DNA of 64,000 bases, taken from the IMG/VR virus record IMGVR_UViG_2718218135_000001, positions 49,251 through 113,250 of that record; one strand, 5' to 3'. The DNA comes from a virus. Lineage: Duplodnaviria; Heunggongvirae; Uroviricota; Caudoviricetes. The first letter of the stretch is position 1; the number at the start of each line of letters is the position of its first letter. The position numbers and the translations under genes are program-made. The notes below the pieces were generated by a model that saw only the letters and a list, made by a program, of their open reading frames with translations, had not been told where the DNA came from and searched no databases. Shown here one piece after another: positions 18,299 through 27,561 of the stretch.

Positions 18299-21200
18299 AT
18301 GTGGTACAGGGAAGGCACTGTTACATTTACAAAAGGAAGCGACACAATATCAGGCATCGGAACACGTTGGAATTTGACCGAAAACGGCGTGTTACCGGGC
18401 ATGATTGTCATTGGTCCTGACAATAAGTTGTATGAGGTCAAGCGCGTAACCAGTGATAAGGTCATTGTTCTCTCAGAACCTTATACCGGCGAAACTCAAT
18501 CTAAAGTTCCGTGCCGAATCATTACGACCTATGAAGGCGACTTAACTCAGTTTAGTGCGCGCTTTACTGCACTAATGTCGCGTATGTCGGCTGATTCCAA
18601 GTCCATGCGCAGTTGGTTGACCGCTCTGGATGATGTGACAATCGAGCGTGAAGACGGTACAGAAGTGACCGTTAAGCCGCTAATGCAGATCGTCAACGAG
18701 CATAACGAAAACGTTGAGTGGTATAAAAATAACACCGATGCGATTGAGGCCGCTGGAGACAAAGCTCGGGAGGCGGCGGCCAGTGCTGTCGCTGCGGCAG
18801 AAAGTGCCAACACTGCTGTAGAAAAAGCCTCTCAGGCATCTCAAAGTGCATCCGCTGCGGTATCTTCACAAAGTGCGGCGAGTGAGAGTGCAGCTGCTGC
18901 GGAAAAATCTGAAACAAACGCAGAAGCGGCAAAAGAAGCGGCAGCAGAATCAGCATCTGTGGCGTCGACTAAAGCATCGGAGGCAGCCACATCAGCGTCC
19001 AGTGCCTCTGCATCTAAGGATGCGGCTAAATTATCAGAGACTAACGCTTCATCGAGTGCAAACGCGGCAGCATCATCAGCTACAGAAGCTGCAAATTCAT
19101 GTAAGGCAGCAAAAGCATCAGAGACAAACGCAAAAGCGTCTGAAGCTGCTGCCGAACAGAGTGCATTGTCTGCAAACAGTTCGAAATCTGCGGCAGAAAC
19201 GTCAGCGAGCGCGGCCTCAGTAAGCGCGGATAGTGCTTCATCAAGTGCAACGTCGGCAGAAAAGTCTGCGGAAAGCGCTTCGTTATCTGCGGCAAATGCC
19301 ACCGCTAAAGCGACAGAGGCGACGAAACAGGCAACAGCTGCGGAAAAGTCAGCAGAGGCGGCAAAATCTTCTGAAACCAATGCAAAGACTTCAGAAGACA
19401 ATGCCGCTGCTTCTAAGGAGACAGCAGCCGAATCTGCAAGCTCTGCCTCTGTTTCAGCTTCCTCGGCGTCATCTTCAAAAGATGAGGCCGCTCGCCAGGC
19501 GTCAGCGGCAGCAGAGAGTGCGACAACGGCATCAACGAAGGCGACGGAAGCGGCAGACAGTGCGACGGAGGCTGCGCAGAGCAAAAATGCGGCAGAATCC
19601 GCGGCAACACGCTCTGAGACAGCGGCAAAACGAGCTGAGGATATTGCATCCGCCGTGGCGCTTGAGGATGCGAGCACGACGAAAAAGGGGGTAGTACAGC
19701 TCAGCAGTGCGACCAACAGCACGTCTGAAACGCTGGCGGCAACGCCAAAAGCCGTTAAGGCCGCGTATGACCTGGCTAACGGGAAATACACCGCACAGGA
19801 TGCAACGACAGCACAGAAAGGGATAATCCAGCTAAGCAGCGCGACCAACAGCACGTCTGAAACGCTTGCCGCGACACCAAAGGCAGTAAAAGCAGCCAAT
19901 GACAATGCTGAGAAACGTCTGCAGAAAGATCAGAACGGTGCGGATATCCCTGGCAAAGATACCTTTACGAAAAATATTGGTGCCTGCCGTGCCTTCGGTG
20001 GGTCAGTAAGCACAACAACAGGAAACTGGACGACTGCACAGTTTATCGAGTGGCTGGATTCTCAGGGAGCATTTAACCATCCATACTGGATGTGCAAGGG
20101 TTCCTGGTCTTATGGCAATAATAAAATCATTACTGATACTGACTGCGGTAATATTCATCTCGCCGGAGCTGTCATTGAAGTAATGGGGATAAAGTCAGCG
20201 ATGACGATCCGCATTACCACACCGACCACCTCCACTGGTGGTGGAACAACTAACGCCCAGTTTACCTATATTAATCACGGAACAGATTATTCACCTGGCT
20301 GGCGAAGGGACTATAACTCCAGAAATAAGCCAACGGCATCAGAGATCGGGGCGTTACCGTCAGGTGGAACAGCAGTATCATCAGTTAATCTGGCTTCAAA
20401 AGGTCGGGTAACCGCGCTGACAGACAATACGCAGGGGGCAGCAGGTCTTGAGTTATACGAGGTGTATAACAACGGATATCCAACAGCGTATGGAAATATC
20501 ATTCACCTGAAAGGGATGACAGCCGTTGGCGAAGGTGAGTTACTCATCGGCTGGAGTGGTACAAGCGGTGCTCATGCTCCGGCATTTATTCGTTCACGAC
20601 GGGATACGACCGACGCAAACTGGTCGCCGTGGGCGCAGCTTTACACCTCGGCTCATCCTCCTGCAGAGTTTTATCCAGTCGGTGCACCAATCCCGTGGCC
20701 ATCAGATACCGTTCCGTCTGGCTATGCCCTGATGCAGGGGCAGACTTTTGACAAATCTGCATACCCGAAACTTGCAGTTGCTTATCCGTCAGGCGTGATC
20801 CCTGATATGCGTGGCTGGACGATTAAGGGCAAGCCCGCCAGTGGTCGGGCCGTATTATCTCAGGAACAGGACGGCATTAAATCGCACACCCACAGCGCCA
20901 GCGCATCCAGTACGGATTTGGGGACGAAAACCACATCGTCGTTTGATTACGGAACCAAATCCACGAATAACACCGGGGCGCATACCCATAGTATTAGCGG
21001 GACCGCAAATAGTGCCGGTGCGCACCAACACAAGAGTTCCGGTGCATTTGGTGGCACGAACACGAGCATTTTCCCTAATGGTTATACCGCGATTTCAAAT
21101 CTAAGCGCGGGGATTATGAGCACAACAAGCGGTAGTGGCCAGACTCGTAATGCAGGGAAGACATCATCAGATGGTGCTCATACCCACTCGCTGTCCGGCA

Positions 21201-21364
21201 CAGCTGCATCTGCAGGTGCACACGCACATACTGTCGGTATTGGTGCTCATACGCACTCGGTTGCGATTGGCTCACATGGACACACCATCACCGTTAACGC
21301 TGCTGGTAACGCGGAAAACACCGTCAAAAACATCGCATTTAACTATATTGTGAGGCTTGCATAA
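18299..21364 (+). CDS. side tail fibre protein
   Basis: Long Ala/Ser/Glu-rich low-complexity stalk, two tandem about 39-aa repeats ([23 protein letters not shown]), His-rich GAHTHS C-terminal repeats and terminal [20 protein letters not shown]. Confidence 0.7.
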   Translation: MWYREGTVTFTKGSDTISGIGTRWNLTENGVLPGMIVIGPDNKLYEVKRVTSDKVIVLSEPYTGETQSKVPCRIITTYEGDLTQFSARFTALMSRMSADSKSMRSWLTALDDVTIEREDGTEVTVKPLMQIVNEHNENVEWYKNNTDAIEAAGDKAREAAASAVAAAESANTAVEKASQASQSASAAVSSQSAASESAAAAEKSETNAEAAKEAAAESASVASTKASEAATSASSASASKDAAKLSETNASSSANAAASSATEAANSCKAAKASETNAKASEAAAEQSALSANSSKSAAETSASAASVSADSASSSATSAEKSAESASLSAANATAKATEATKQATAAEKSAEAAKSSETNAKTSEDNAAASKETAAESASSASVSASSASSSKDEAARQASAAAESATTASTKATEAADSATEAAQSKNAAESAATRSETAAKRAEDIASAVALEDASTTKKGVVQLSSATNSTSETLAATPKAVKAAYDLANGKYTAQDATTAQKGIIQLSSATNSTSETLAATPKAVKAANDNAEKRLQKDQNGADIPGKDTFTKNIGACRAFGGSVSTTTGNWTTAQFIEWLDSQGAFNHPYWMCKGSWSYGNNKIITDTDCGNIHLAGAVIEVMGIKSAMTIRITTPTTSTGGGTTNAQFTYINHGTDYSPGWRRDYNSRNKPTASEIGALPSGGTAVSSVNLASKGRVTALTDNTQGAAGLELYEVYNNGYPTAYGNIIHLKGMTAVGEGELLIGWSGTSGAHAPAFIRSRRDTTDANWSPWAQLYTSAHPPAEFYPVGAPIPWPSDTVPSGYALMQGQTFDKSAYPKLAVAYPSGVIPDMRGWTIKGKPASGRAVLSQEQDGIKSHTHSASASSTDLGTKTTSSFDYGTKSTNNTGAHTHSISGTANSAGAHQHKSSGAFGGTNTSIFPNGYTAISNLSAGIMSTTSGSGQTRNAGKTSSDGAHTHSLSGTAASAGAHAHTVGIGAHTHSVAIGSHGHTITVNAAGNAENTVKNIAFNYIVRLA

Positions 21365-21945
21365 TGGCATTCAGAATGAGTGAACAACCACGGACCATAA
21401 AAATTTATAATCTGCTGTCCGGAACTAATGAATTTATTGGTGAAGGTGATGCATATATTCCGCCTCATACAGGTCTGCCAGCAAACAGTACCGATATTGC
21501 ACCGCCAGATATTCCGGCAGGCTTCGTGGCTGTTTTCAACAGTGATGAGGCATCGTGGCATCTCGTTGAAGATCATCGGGGAAAAACCGTCTATGACGTG
21601 GCTTCCGGCGACGCGTTATTTATTTCTGAACTCGGTCCGTTACCGGAAAATGTTACCTGGTTATCACCGGATGGGGAATATCAGAAGTGGGACGGCACAT
21701 CCTGGGAGAAGGATGAGGAAACAGAAAAATTGTTTCAGGTACGGGAAGCGGAAGAAACAAAAAAAAGTCTGATGCAGGTAGCCAGCGAGCACATTGCGCC
21801 ACTTCAGGATGCTGTAGATTTGGAGATTGCAACGGAGGAAGAAGCATCGTTGCTGACTGCATGGAAGAAGTATAGAGTTTTATTGAACCGCATTGACACA
21901 TCAACGGCACCGGATATTGACTGGCCAACAATACCAGCAGAGTAA
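21364..21945 (+). CDS. tail fibre assembly protein (Tfa-like)
   Basis: 193-aa ORF translationally coupled (TAATG) to fibre gene; N-terminal region resembles Tfa-type chaperones. Confidence 0.55.
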   Translation: MAFRMSEQPRTIKIYNLLSGTNEFIGEGDAYIPPHTGLPANSTDIAPPDIPAGFVAVFNSDEASWHLVEDHRGKTVYDVASGDALFISELGPLPENVTWLSPDGEYQKWDGTSWEKDEETEKLFQVREAEETKKSLMQVASEHIAPLQDAVDLEIATEEEASLLTAWKKYRVLLNRIDTSTAPDIDWPTIPAE

Positions 21946-21990
21946 GGGGCAGATTATATCTGCATTATTAACAACGATTAGTTTGCAAGA

Positions 21991-22017
21991 TATATAGTAG
22001 GTAAGTACATACCTACT
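21991..22017. promoter_or_regulatory. conserved intergenic motif A copy (TATATAGTAGGTAAGTACATACCTACT)
   Basis: AGTAGGTA / TACCTACT 8-bp inverted arms; upstream of lysis cassette. Confidence 0.5.
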
Positions 22018-22078
22018 GCAAATGGTTAAAATATGATATAAACACGCCATCCCGATTTGACTTTTCATGGAGGAAAAC

Positions 22079-22402
22079 ATGTCGAACGAGATGGCGGGAG
22101 TCACAACTGAACAGGTTGAGCGCATCGTCTCAATCGTTGCTCGGGAAGTCGTAGGCAAATTAGGTAAAGAAATACGCGAGGAAATTGGTCAGGAGGTCAA
22201 TGACCAGCTCAAAACCTACTTTGGCGATATGACGCCCGCACAACACAGCATTCAGCACTCCAATCTGGACAAACTTCTTAACCGGCTCGACACCATCTCC
22301 AGTGGGTTCTTTGGCGGCATTGTTTCGAAACTAACGTCGTTCATTATTACCGTACTGCTTTTAGGATTGGCCGCGTATGGCGTAAAAAATGGATTGCAAT
22401 AA
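22079..22402 (+). CDS. putative holin-like membrane protein
   Basis: GGAGG RBS; single C-terminal transmembrane segment (LTSFIITVLLLGLAAYGV); first gene of lysis-region operon. Confidence 0.3.
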   Translation: MSNEMAGVTTEQVERIVSIVAREVVGKLGKEIREEIGQEVNDQLKTYFGDMTPAQHSIQHSNLDKLLNRLDTISSGFFGGIVSKLTSFIITVLLLGLAAYGVKNGLQ

Positions 22403-22415
22403 CAGGAGATCAAGG

Positions 22416-23108
22416 ATGAAAACTCCGAGAGGCATTCGTAATAACAACCCCGGTAATCTTGATAAAGGAGCGCCGTGGCAGGGCTTAGTCAACAACTCTT
22501 CAGAACCGCGCTTCTGCACGTTTAAAGACCCCGTGTGGGGGATTCGGGCATTGGCAGTGACACTCATTACTTACCACGACAAGCGCCGCGCAAAAGATGG
22601 CTCCAGCATTGATACGATCCGCGAAGTCATCGAACGCTGGGCGCCTCCACATGAGAACAACACTTTGGCTTATGTGAACGAGGTATCCAAAGCCGTTGGA
22701 GTAGCACCAGATATGATTATCGATCTGCATGACTACGAGACCTTAAGACCGCTGGTAGAGGCGATCATTAGACATGAAAATGGCCGAGGTCCGCTGAAAA
22801 CCCCCAATAGCTGGTATACACCAGAACTTATCGAAGAAGGGCTGCGACGTGCCGGCATTGTCAAACCGGTAAAGGCTGTAAAAGCCGTTCCTGTAACAAA
22901 AGAAACCACAGGTGCTACAGTCACTGCAGGTATTGGCCTTGCACAAATTGCTGACGTTATGCCTCAAGTTTCTGCCGCAATGGATAAAGCGCAAGGCAAT
23001 ATCTCCAGTGGAGATACGGTACGCATCATCTTTGGCGTAGCTACCATTCTTGTGGCAGCATTCATTGCCTGGTCCCAGGTTCGCAAGCACCAGAAAGGAT
23101 TAGTATAA
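22416..23108 (+). CDS. putative endolysin / cell-wall hydrolase (family not recognised)
   Basis: Position between holin-like gene and spanins; conserved-looking GIRNNNPGN motif; C-terminal hydrophobic segment; CAGGAG RBS. Confidence 0.3.
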   Translation: MKTPRGIRNNNPGNLDKGAPWQGLVNNSSEPRFCTFKDPVWGIRALAVTLITYHDKRRAKDGSSIDTIREVIERWAPPHENNTLAYVNEVSKAVGVAPDMIIDLHDYETLRPLVEAIIRHENGRGPLKTPNSWYTPELIEEGLRRAGIVKPVKAVKAVPVTKETTGATVTAGIGLAQIADVMPQVSAAMDKAQGNISSGDTVRIIFGVATILVAAFIAWSQVRKHQKGLV

Positions 23109-23110
23109 GT

Positions 23111-23362
23111 ATGTTCGACGGCCTGTTGTTCAAAATGAAATCCGCTTTGTTCACTCTGGCCGCCGTCATTCTAGTCCTTGTCGGCGCATACTCCTATGGC
23201 GGGTATATGGCCAGACGCAGTATGGAAGAGAAAGAACGGCGGGAAGATAACAAGCGTCTTCAAAGCACAGTGGAAGTGGTGAATGAGACGAACAGTGAAA
23301 TACGTCAGAAAGATGCTTCTGCCATTCATCGTGAGCTGCATGATAAGTGGGTGCGTAATTAA
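23111..23362 (+). CDS. i-spanin (Rz-like)
   Basis: N-terminal TM helix then charged coiled-coil region; lipoprotein ORF embedded in +1 frame. Confidence 0.5.
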   Translation: MFDGLLFKMKSALFTLAAVILVLVGAYSYGGYMARRSMEEKERREDNKRLQSTVEVVNETNSEIRQKDASAIHRELHDKWVRN

Positions 23363-23498
23363 GCCACAGACCACCAGCGTGTTGTTCTGCGATGGCGCTG
23401 AACCTATTTATATCAGCAATGACGATGTAATGACCGAAGAAACCGAACGCCAAATCCTTTTTCACAATACGATGGGAGAGAGAGTTTGCGGTTGGTGA
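23283..23498 (+). CDS. o-spanin (Rz1-like outer-membrane lipoprotein)
   Basis: Lipobox ISGC in signal peptide; starts inside i-spanin gene in alternate frame (true start may be the internal Met at 23313). Confidence 0.5.
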   Translation: MRRTVKYVRKMLLPFIVSCMISGCVIKPQTTSVLFCDGAEPIYISNDDVMTEETERQILFHNTMGERVCGW

Positions 23499-23530
23499 TG
23501 TCGAAGTTCCCCTCAAATGAGGGGGACACA

Positions 23531-24052
23531 TTATTCTTCGAACAATTTTTCGATAGATTTTGTTGGATAGAACAAAGAACGATCGTTGTTACCAACCAGC
23601 TGGATAAAGCCCAAACTTTTATAAAACGCCCTAGCTTTATCGTTCAACGCCTCAACGAAAAGCCCATGAATGCCTACCGCAAGAGATGCATTGTACACAA
23701 CACGCATTGCGTGAGTTACAAGCATTGAGCCAAACCCCTGACCTTGAAGAGATTTGTCCAAAGCCAGTCTGCCTAAAGTGATACTTGGGACATTCCGATA
23801 AGGCACTTTCTTTTGCTGACTCTTTGAAGGTAAGGTTTCTTTCTCAAAGCAGCTGCCTGACAAAGTGTAATAACCTAATACCTTTGGTATTTCTTCTTTA
23901 GTGCAAAGCACATAAGCGCGAAGAATTTTTCCTTCATGCTGTCTTTTTAAGTGGTTGGTCAAAAATGCGTTTAGTGACTCTTCGCCGCAATCAAAACCGT
24001 TTAGATCATAATCTTTCTCTCCAGAGAAAATCTCGATCGTCGTATTGCTCAC
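23531..24052 (-). CDS. GNAT-family acetyltransferase toxin (TacT/ItaT-like)
   Basis: GNAT motifs (QGQGFGSMLV); GTG start 7 nt after upstream DUF1778-type ORF with GGAG RBS. Confidence 0.65.
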   Translation of the reverse strand: MSNTTIEIFSGEKDYDLNGFDCGEESLNAFLTNHLKRQHEGKILRAYVLCTKEEIPKVLGYYTLSGSCFEKETLPSKSQQKKVPYRNVPSITLGRLALDKSLQGQGFGSMLVTHAMRVVYNASLAVGIHGLFVEALNDKARAFYKSLGFIQLVGNNDRSLFYPTKSIEKLFEE

Positions 24053-24059
24053 GAGTAAA

Positions 24060-24329
24060 TTACTCCATGCTTTTCAGACGATTGGCAGCTCGTTTCAGCT
24101 TGTCGTTCGGTGCCGGAGGATTGCTTATAGCATCCATAACCAGATTCCAGGACTCTTCACTTAGAACCAGTCTACGGTGTTGCTCTATCACCTTCACGGC
24201 ACGTTCGGATGCACTGCTAACCATGAACTGGGTAATGCTCTGGTTAGACATTGCGGCAGCTTCCTCGATGATGCTTTTATCGTCATCGGTTAATCTCAAA
24301 TCGATGCGCTGCTTTTTCAGTGCGGACAT
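24060..24329 (-). CDS. DUF1778-type (RHH) antitoxin
   Basis: 89-aa protein MSALKKQRIDLRLTDDDKSIIEEAA... typical of GNAT-toxin partners; upstream of and co-directional with toxin. Confidence 0.65.
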   Translation of the reverse strand: MSALKKQRIDLRLTDDDKSIIEEAAAMSNQSITQFMVSSASERAVKVIEQHRRLVLSEESWNLVMDAISNPPAPNDKLKRAANRLKSME

Positions 24330-24340
24330 GTGTACCCCCT

Positions 24341-24367
24341 GATGGCCGGTGATGTAGGAAGGCCATC
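24341..24367. promoter_or_regulatory. palindrome in toxin-antitoxin promoter region (candidate operator)
   Basis: GATGGCC-N13-GGCCATC inverted repeat 12-38 bp upstream of antitoxin start. Confidence 0.4.
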
Positions 24368-24598
24368 ATTGCTCTCTATTTAAACTGAGTTTTCGACTCA
24401 AAGGTTATTTAACTGGGCTATAGCCCATTGCGTATGTGTCATCAAATTGTGTACGGCAATTTACCGTACTCGTAATATAGAGGTGATTGTCACTTTTTTC
24501 AACAGACAAATGAAAACAGTTACTAGCAATAGGCAATAACAACCTACTAAATAACCTTTACACCGCAGCCGTAGGCATTTAGGCTATATCGCATATAA

Positions 24599-24614
24599 GA
24601 AAACAAGTTGTTTC
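24599..24614. promoter_or_regulatory. conserved intergenic motif B copy (GAAAACAAGTTGTTTC)
   Basis: Palindromic AAACAA-N-TTGTTT element about 35 bp upstream of parA-like start. Confidence 0.5.
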
Positions 24615-24648
24615 ATACGACAATAATTCACGCAAAGGAAACTCACCA

Positions 24649-25314
24649 ATGACCAAGATCATTGTGGTTGGCGGCACAAAAGGCGGCCCAGGCAAATCTA
24701 CCGTTGCCCAGCAAATTGCGGTATGTCTCAAAGTTAAAAAGAAAAAGAAGGTTCACGTCACCGATATCGATATCCAGCGCACCACGACCAGCTGGTGTGA
24801 AGACCGTCGCCAGAACGAAGATCTTGAACTGATCCCGTTCGCTTATGTGCAGGACGACATCGTCAAACATCTTAAATCGCTTCAGGGGCGAACTGATTAT
24901 GTAGTGGTAGATGCTGGTGGCTTTGACTCCGAAATTCAGCGTCTGGCGATGCTTATGGCTGATGTAATCATCATCCCGCTGCGCCCTAAACGTCGTGATT
25001 TGAAATCTCTGCGTGATATCGACCCGATTATCGACAACGTTCGCAATGTGAACGAGAAAGTTAAGATCCGCGCGGTAATAAACCAGTGTCCGTCATTGCC
25101 TTCCCAGGTATCACGTATTCTGGCCGCGAAGGAAATTGTCGAAACTTTCGGCATCGAGGCTGCGCCGGTCAATCTGTACAACCGTAACGTTTATGACGAT
25201 GCGGAAGAGGCAGGTCGTTCTATCTTTGAAATGACTGGCGCTGAACGCGATAAGAAGGCAGAAGCCGAGTTCGAAGAGTTTGTAGATTACATCTTGAGTC
25301 TGGAGGAAGAATAA
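24649..25314 (+). CDS. ParA/ParF-type partition ATPase
   Basis: Deviant Walker A GGTKGGPGKST at N-terminus; 221 aa; followed by small basic protein. Confidence 0.7.
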   Translation: MTKIIVVGGTKGGPGKSTVAQQIAVCLKVKKKKKVHVTDIDIQRTTTSWCEDRRQNEDLELIPFAYVQDDIVKHLKSLQGRTDYVVVDAGGFDSEIQRLAMLMADVIIIPLRPKRRDLKSLRDIDPIIDNVRNVNEKVKIRAVINQCPSLPSQVSRILAAKEIVETFGIEAAPVNLYNRNVYDDAEEAGRSIFEMTGAERDKKAEAEFEEFVDYILSLEEE

Positions 25315-25673
25315 TGTCCATGAGAATGGGAGACCTTGCAAAGCGCAATGAGCCTAAAGAACCGGCCAAAAGCAGCACTCCACTGCGCCAGCCAGTCAGA
25401 CCGCAGGGGCGTCCGACTCGTGGCAAAGAGAAAATTAAAAGTCGCACAATGTCACTGGAGGACGAATACTTCGAACTGCTGGAAATGATGAAGTTCATCC
25501 CTCGTTTCGAGAAGTTCACCCGTTCTGACGTGATTCGCGCCGCCATTTTCCATCTGGCAGAGAAGTCACCGCAGGAAATCGAGGACATCGTGAAACTTAA
25601 CGAGGCGATCACAGCTGCCGATGTCACGATGCGTACCGATGAAATCAAACGAGAGTTGATGAAGAAAGGTTAA
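25314..25673 (+). CDS. putative partition centromere-binding protein (ParG/ParB-like partner)
   Basis: Small basic ORF translationally coupled to ParA-type gene (GGAGG RBS, ATG overlaps stop). Confidence 0.4.
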   Translation: MSMRMGDLAKRNEPKEPAKSSTPLRQPVRPQGRPTRGKEKIKSRTMSLEDEYFELLEMMKFIPRFEKFTRSDVIRAAIFHLAEKSPQEIEDIVKLNEAITAADVTMRTDEIKRELMKKG

Positions 25674-25678
25674 AAATT

Positions 25679-25709
25679 ATGCATTGGCGCAATGTACGCG
25701 CCAATGCAT
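25679..25709. terminator. hairpin between convergent genes (terminator or centromere-like palindrome)
   Basis: ATGCATTGGCGC-AATGTAC-GCGCCAATGCAT perfect 12-bp inverted repeat, A-run on + side. Confidence 0.4.
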
Positions 25710-25725
25710 AAGTACAGTGTCAGCT

Positions 25726-26493
25726 TTATGCCGCGCTAACACTATGTTCATTCCTAACCACCCCAACCTTCACAAAAGGGCTGCCGTAGCTTGGTGGCTT
25801 CTTGATTAATTTGCCTACATACAGTTTTCTAATATGCTCATCGGCTATTCTGCCAACAAATTCATAACGTTTTGTGTCGGGGCCAAGAGCTATATCCCTT
25901 GTAAAGTACTGCTGAGAACCGGCTTTGACCCAGCATTCAATCTGATAAACTTCCATTATCAGGCCCCCATATGTAGCGTAGGCATATTTGAGATTCTCGT
26001 CTCTTGGAACCTTTGCCCATACGCCACGCGTAGCTTCATATAATGCCAGAGCGGACATTCCTGACTTGTAGGTGCTGTTTAGCAGGAAGGCAAGACCGGC
26101 GTGCTCAGGAGCAATTTCAGTTTCCTCTTGCAGCACTAAGTGATGGTAGGCGTCCAGTGATATTCTGCCCATCATGGAACCACTTCCTCGTACCTTATTC
26201 GTAAGCTCTCCGACACCCATAAGGTCGATGCATGTCGCCTCAACAAGTTTGGCTGTGGTTTCATCCATACCATGACGAAGAATATCTATGCCTAATTTTT
26301 TATTAGCCAAAAGTTCTTTGATCCGCATGGATTTGGGAGAGTCATCGGGATACTTGATGTGATCGAGACAACGAGTCGATTTGCCTTTTCCTATGTAAAA
26401 CGGTCTTTTCATCTTGTCTTCTGTATCATAGAGACAGTAAACATAGTATTTAGCCTTATCCAATGATCTCGCGTATACCGATAAATCGTCCAT
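25726..26493 (-). CDS. GIY-YIG domain protein (free-standing nuclease candidate)
   Basis: N-terminal YYVYCLYDTEDKMKRPFYIGKGKSTR resembles GIY-YIG motif; about 150-aa C-terminal domain of unknown type. Confidence 0.45.
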   Translation of the reverse strand: MDDLSVYARSLDKAKYYVYCLYDTEDKMKRPFYIGKGKSTRCLDHIKYPDDSPKSMRIKELLANKKLGIDILRHGMDETTAKLVEATCIDLMGVGELTNKVRGSGSMMGRISLDAYHHLVLQEETEIAPEHAGLAFLLNSTYKSGMSALALYEATRGVWAKVPRDENLKYAYATYGGLIMEVYQIECWVKAGSQQYFTRDIALGPDTKRYEFVGRIADEHIRKLYVGKLIKKPPSYGSPFVKVGVVRNEHSVSAA

Positions 26494-26620
26494 TATTGCA
26501 TCTCTTAGCTACTGACTAATGCGTTCTATTTTACACATAAGTTTTTAATCAATTTTACAGGCTCAAAGTGTAGAGCTTCTGGGTGTCTAAGACGACAAGT
26601 TATGCCTGTTTCTGTATATA

Positions 26621-26648
26621 AATAATAAGTAACTTATTAAATATATAC
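26621..26648. promoter_or_regulatory. conserved intergenic motif A-like palindrome (AATAAGTAACTTATT)
   Basis: AATAAGT-A-ACTTATT perfect inverted repeat in divergent promoter region. Confidence 0.4.
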
Positions 26649-26740
26649 GGAAGCAGGTCTTTTAAAAGACACCCACCAGAACAACTCCCTTCCGTTTCCA
26701 CTTCCCAAAAATATCTCCAGTCGCTATGATTCGCTCACTT

Positions 26741-26763
26741 AGATAAGTAAGTACATACCTATT
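26741..26763. promoter_or_regulatory. conserved intergenic motif A copy (AGATAAGTAAGTACATACCTATT)
   Basis: Matches TAAGTAAGTACATACCTA consensus; upstream of 26776 gene. Confidence 0.5.
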
Positions 26764-26775
26764 AAAGGGAATCAT

Positions 26776-27501
26776 GTGAGCCAGATCTTCTTCAACACTA
26801 TCGACAATGACCAGTACGATTTCATGACAGAGTGGAATACCGCTGTTATGGACAAGTGGGTCGCTGAAAACATTGGTTTGTCGCGCTGTAAAGACGAGGC
26901 TGAACTCTTCGAGACGAAGTGGTTTGATTACCGCGACATGCACCCACTTATGGCCACATGCCTTTTCACTGAGGCATACAAGCGCCAGTACTCATACATC
27001 ATGCTGTCGCATGGTCGTGAACACTATGAGACGGCTCCATTCACAACCGGTCTGAAGCGTGTGCCATATCAGGAGTTGTCGACGGTCAACAAAACGTCGC
27101 TCTGGAAAGCACGCCAGTTTGCTGACCGCTATTGCTGCTCATACGACTACTTTATCTCCACCGTTCTTTCCGCAGCTGCACGACGGCTGTGGGACAAATT
27201 ACCGCGCCCCCAGCATCTCTGGCAGCCCGAGTTGATCGAGATATTCGAAGAGAAGTTAGCCAAACGCGCTGTAACCCGTCTGGATGACTCTCTGGTGAGT
27301 TTTAAGCATCTTGGAGACATGCAGCGTGACCCGATTCAGGAACGCTATTTTGAGTGGATTCTGGAGCGTCTGCGTGGCATTACCCGAGATAAACGCATCC
27401 GTATCATCTTCTCCGCTGTCTGGTTGATGGAAATCGTGCCTGAGCGTGTGATTTACGCGCACTTCCCGGAAGAACTGGAAGAAGCACGGCGATTCTGTTG
27501 A
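26776..27501 (+). CDS. hypothetical protein (replication-region, function unknown)
   Basis: 241-aa ORF, GTG start with AAAGGGA RBS; upstream of helicase. Confidence 0.4.
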   Translation: MSQIFFNTIDNDQYDFMTEWNTAVMDKWVAENIGLSRCKDEAELFETKWFDYRDMHPLMATCLFTEAYKRQYSYIMLSHGREHYETAPFTTGLKRVPYQELSTVNKTSLWKARQFADRYCCSYDYFISTVLSAAARRLWDKLPRPQHLWQPELIEIFEEKLAKRAVTRLDDSLVSFKHLGDMQRDPIQERYFEWILERLRGITRDKRIRIIFSAVWLMEIVPERVIYAHFPEELEEARRFC

Positions 27502-27527
27502 TCCCCTATCTGGCTTTTTTAGTATTA

Positions 27528-27542
27528 GAAAACAAATTGTTT
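27528..27542. promoter_or_regulatory. conserved intergenic motif B copy (GAAAACAAATTGTTT)
   Basis: Identical core to copy at 45164; about 20 bp upstream of helicase start. Confidence 0.5.
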
Positions 27543-27561
27543 AAGCACCAAAGGAAAGCAC

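Noticed and set aside
19233-19694. 153-aa Arg/Gln-rich ORF in an alternate + frame
   Set aside because: Alternate-frame artefact of the same tail-fibre repeat region; extreme composition and no independent start signals.
18841-19905. 354-aa Ala-rich ORF on the minus strand
   Set aside because: Mirror image of the Ala/Ser-rich low-complexity stalk of the tail fibre; low-complexity regions generate long spurious ORFs in other frames.
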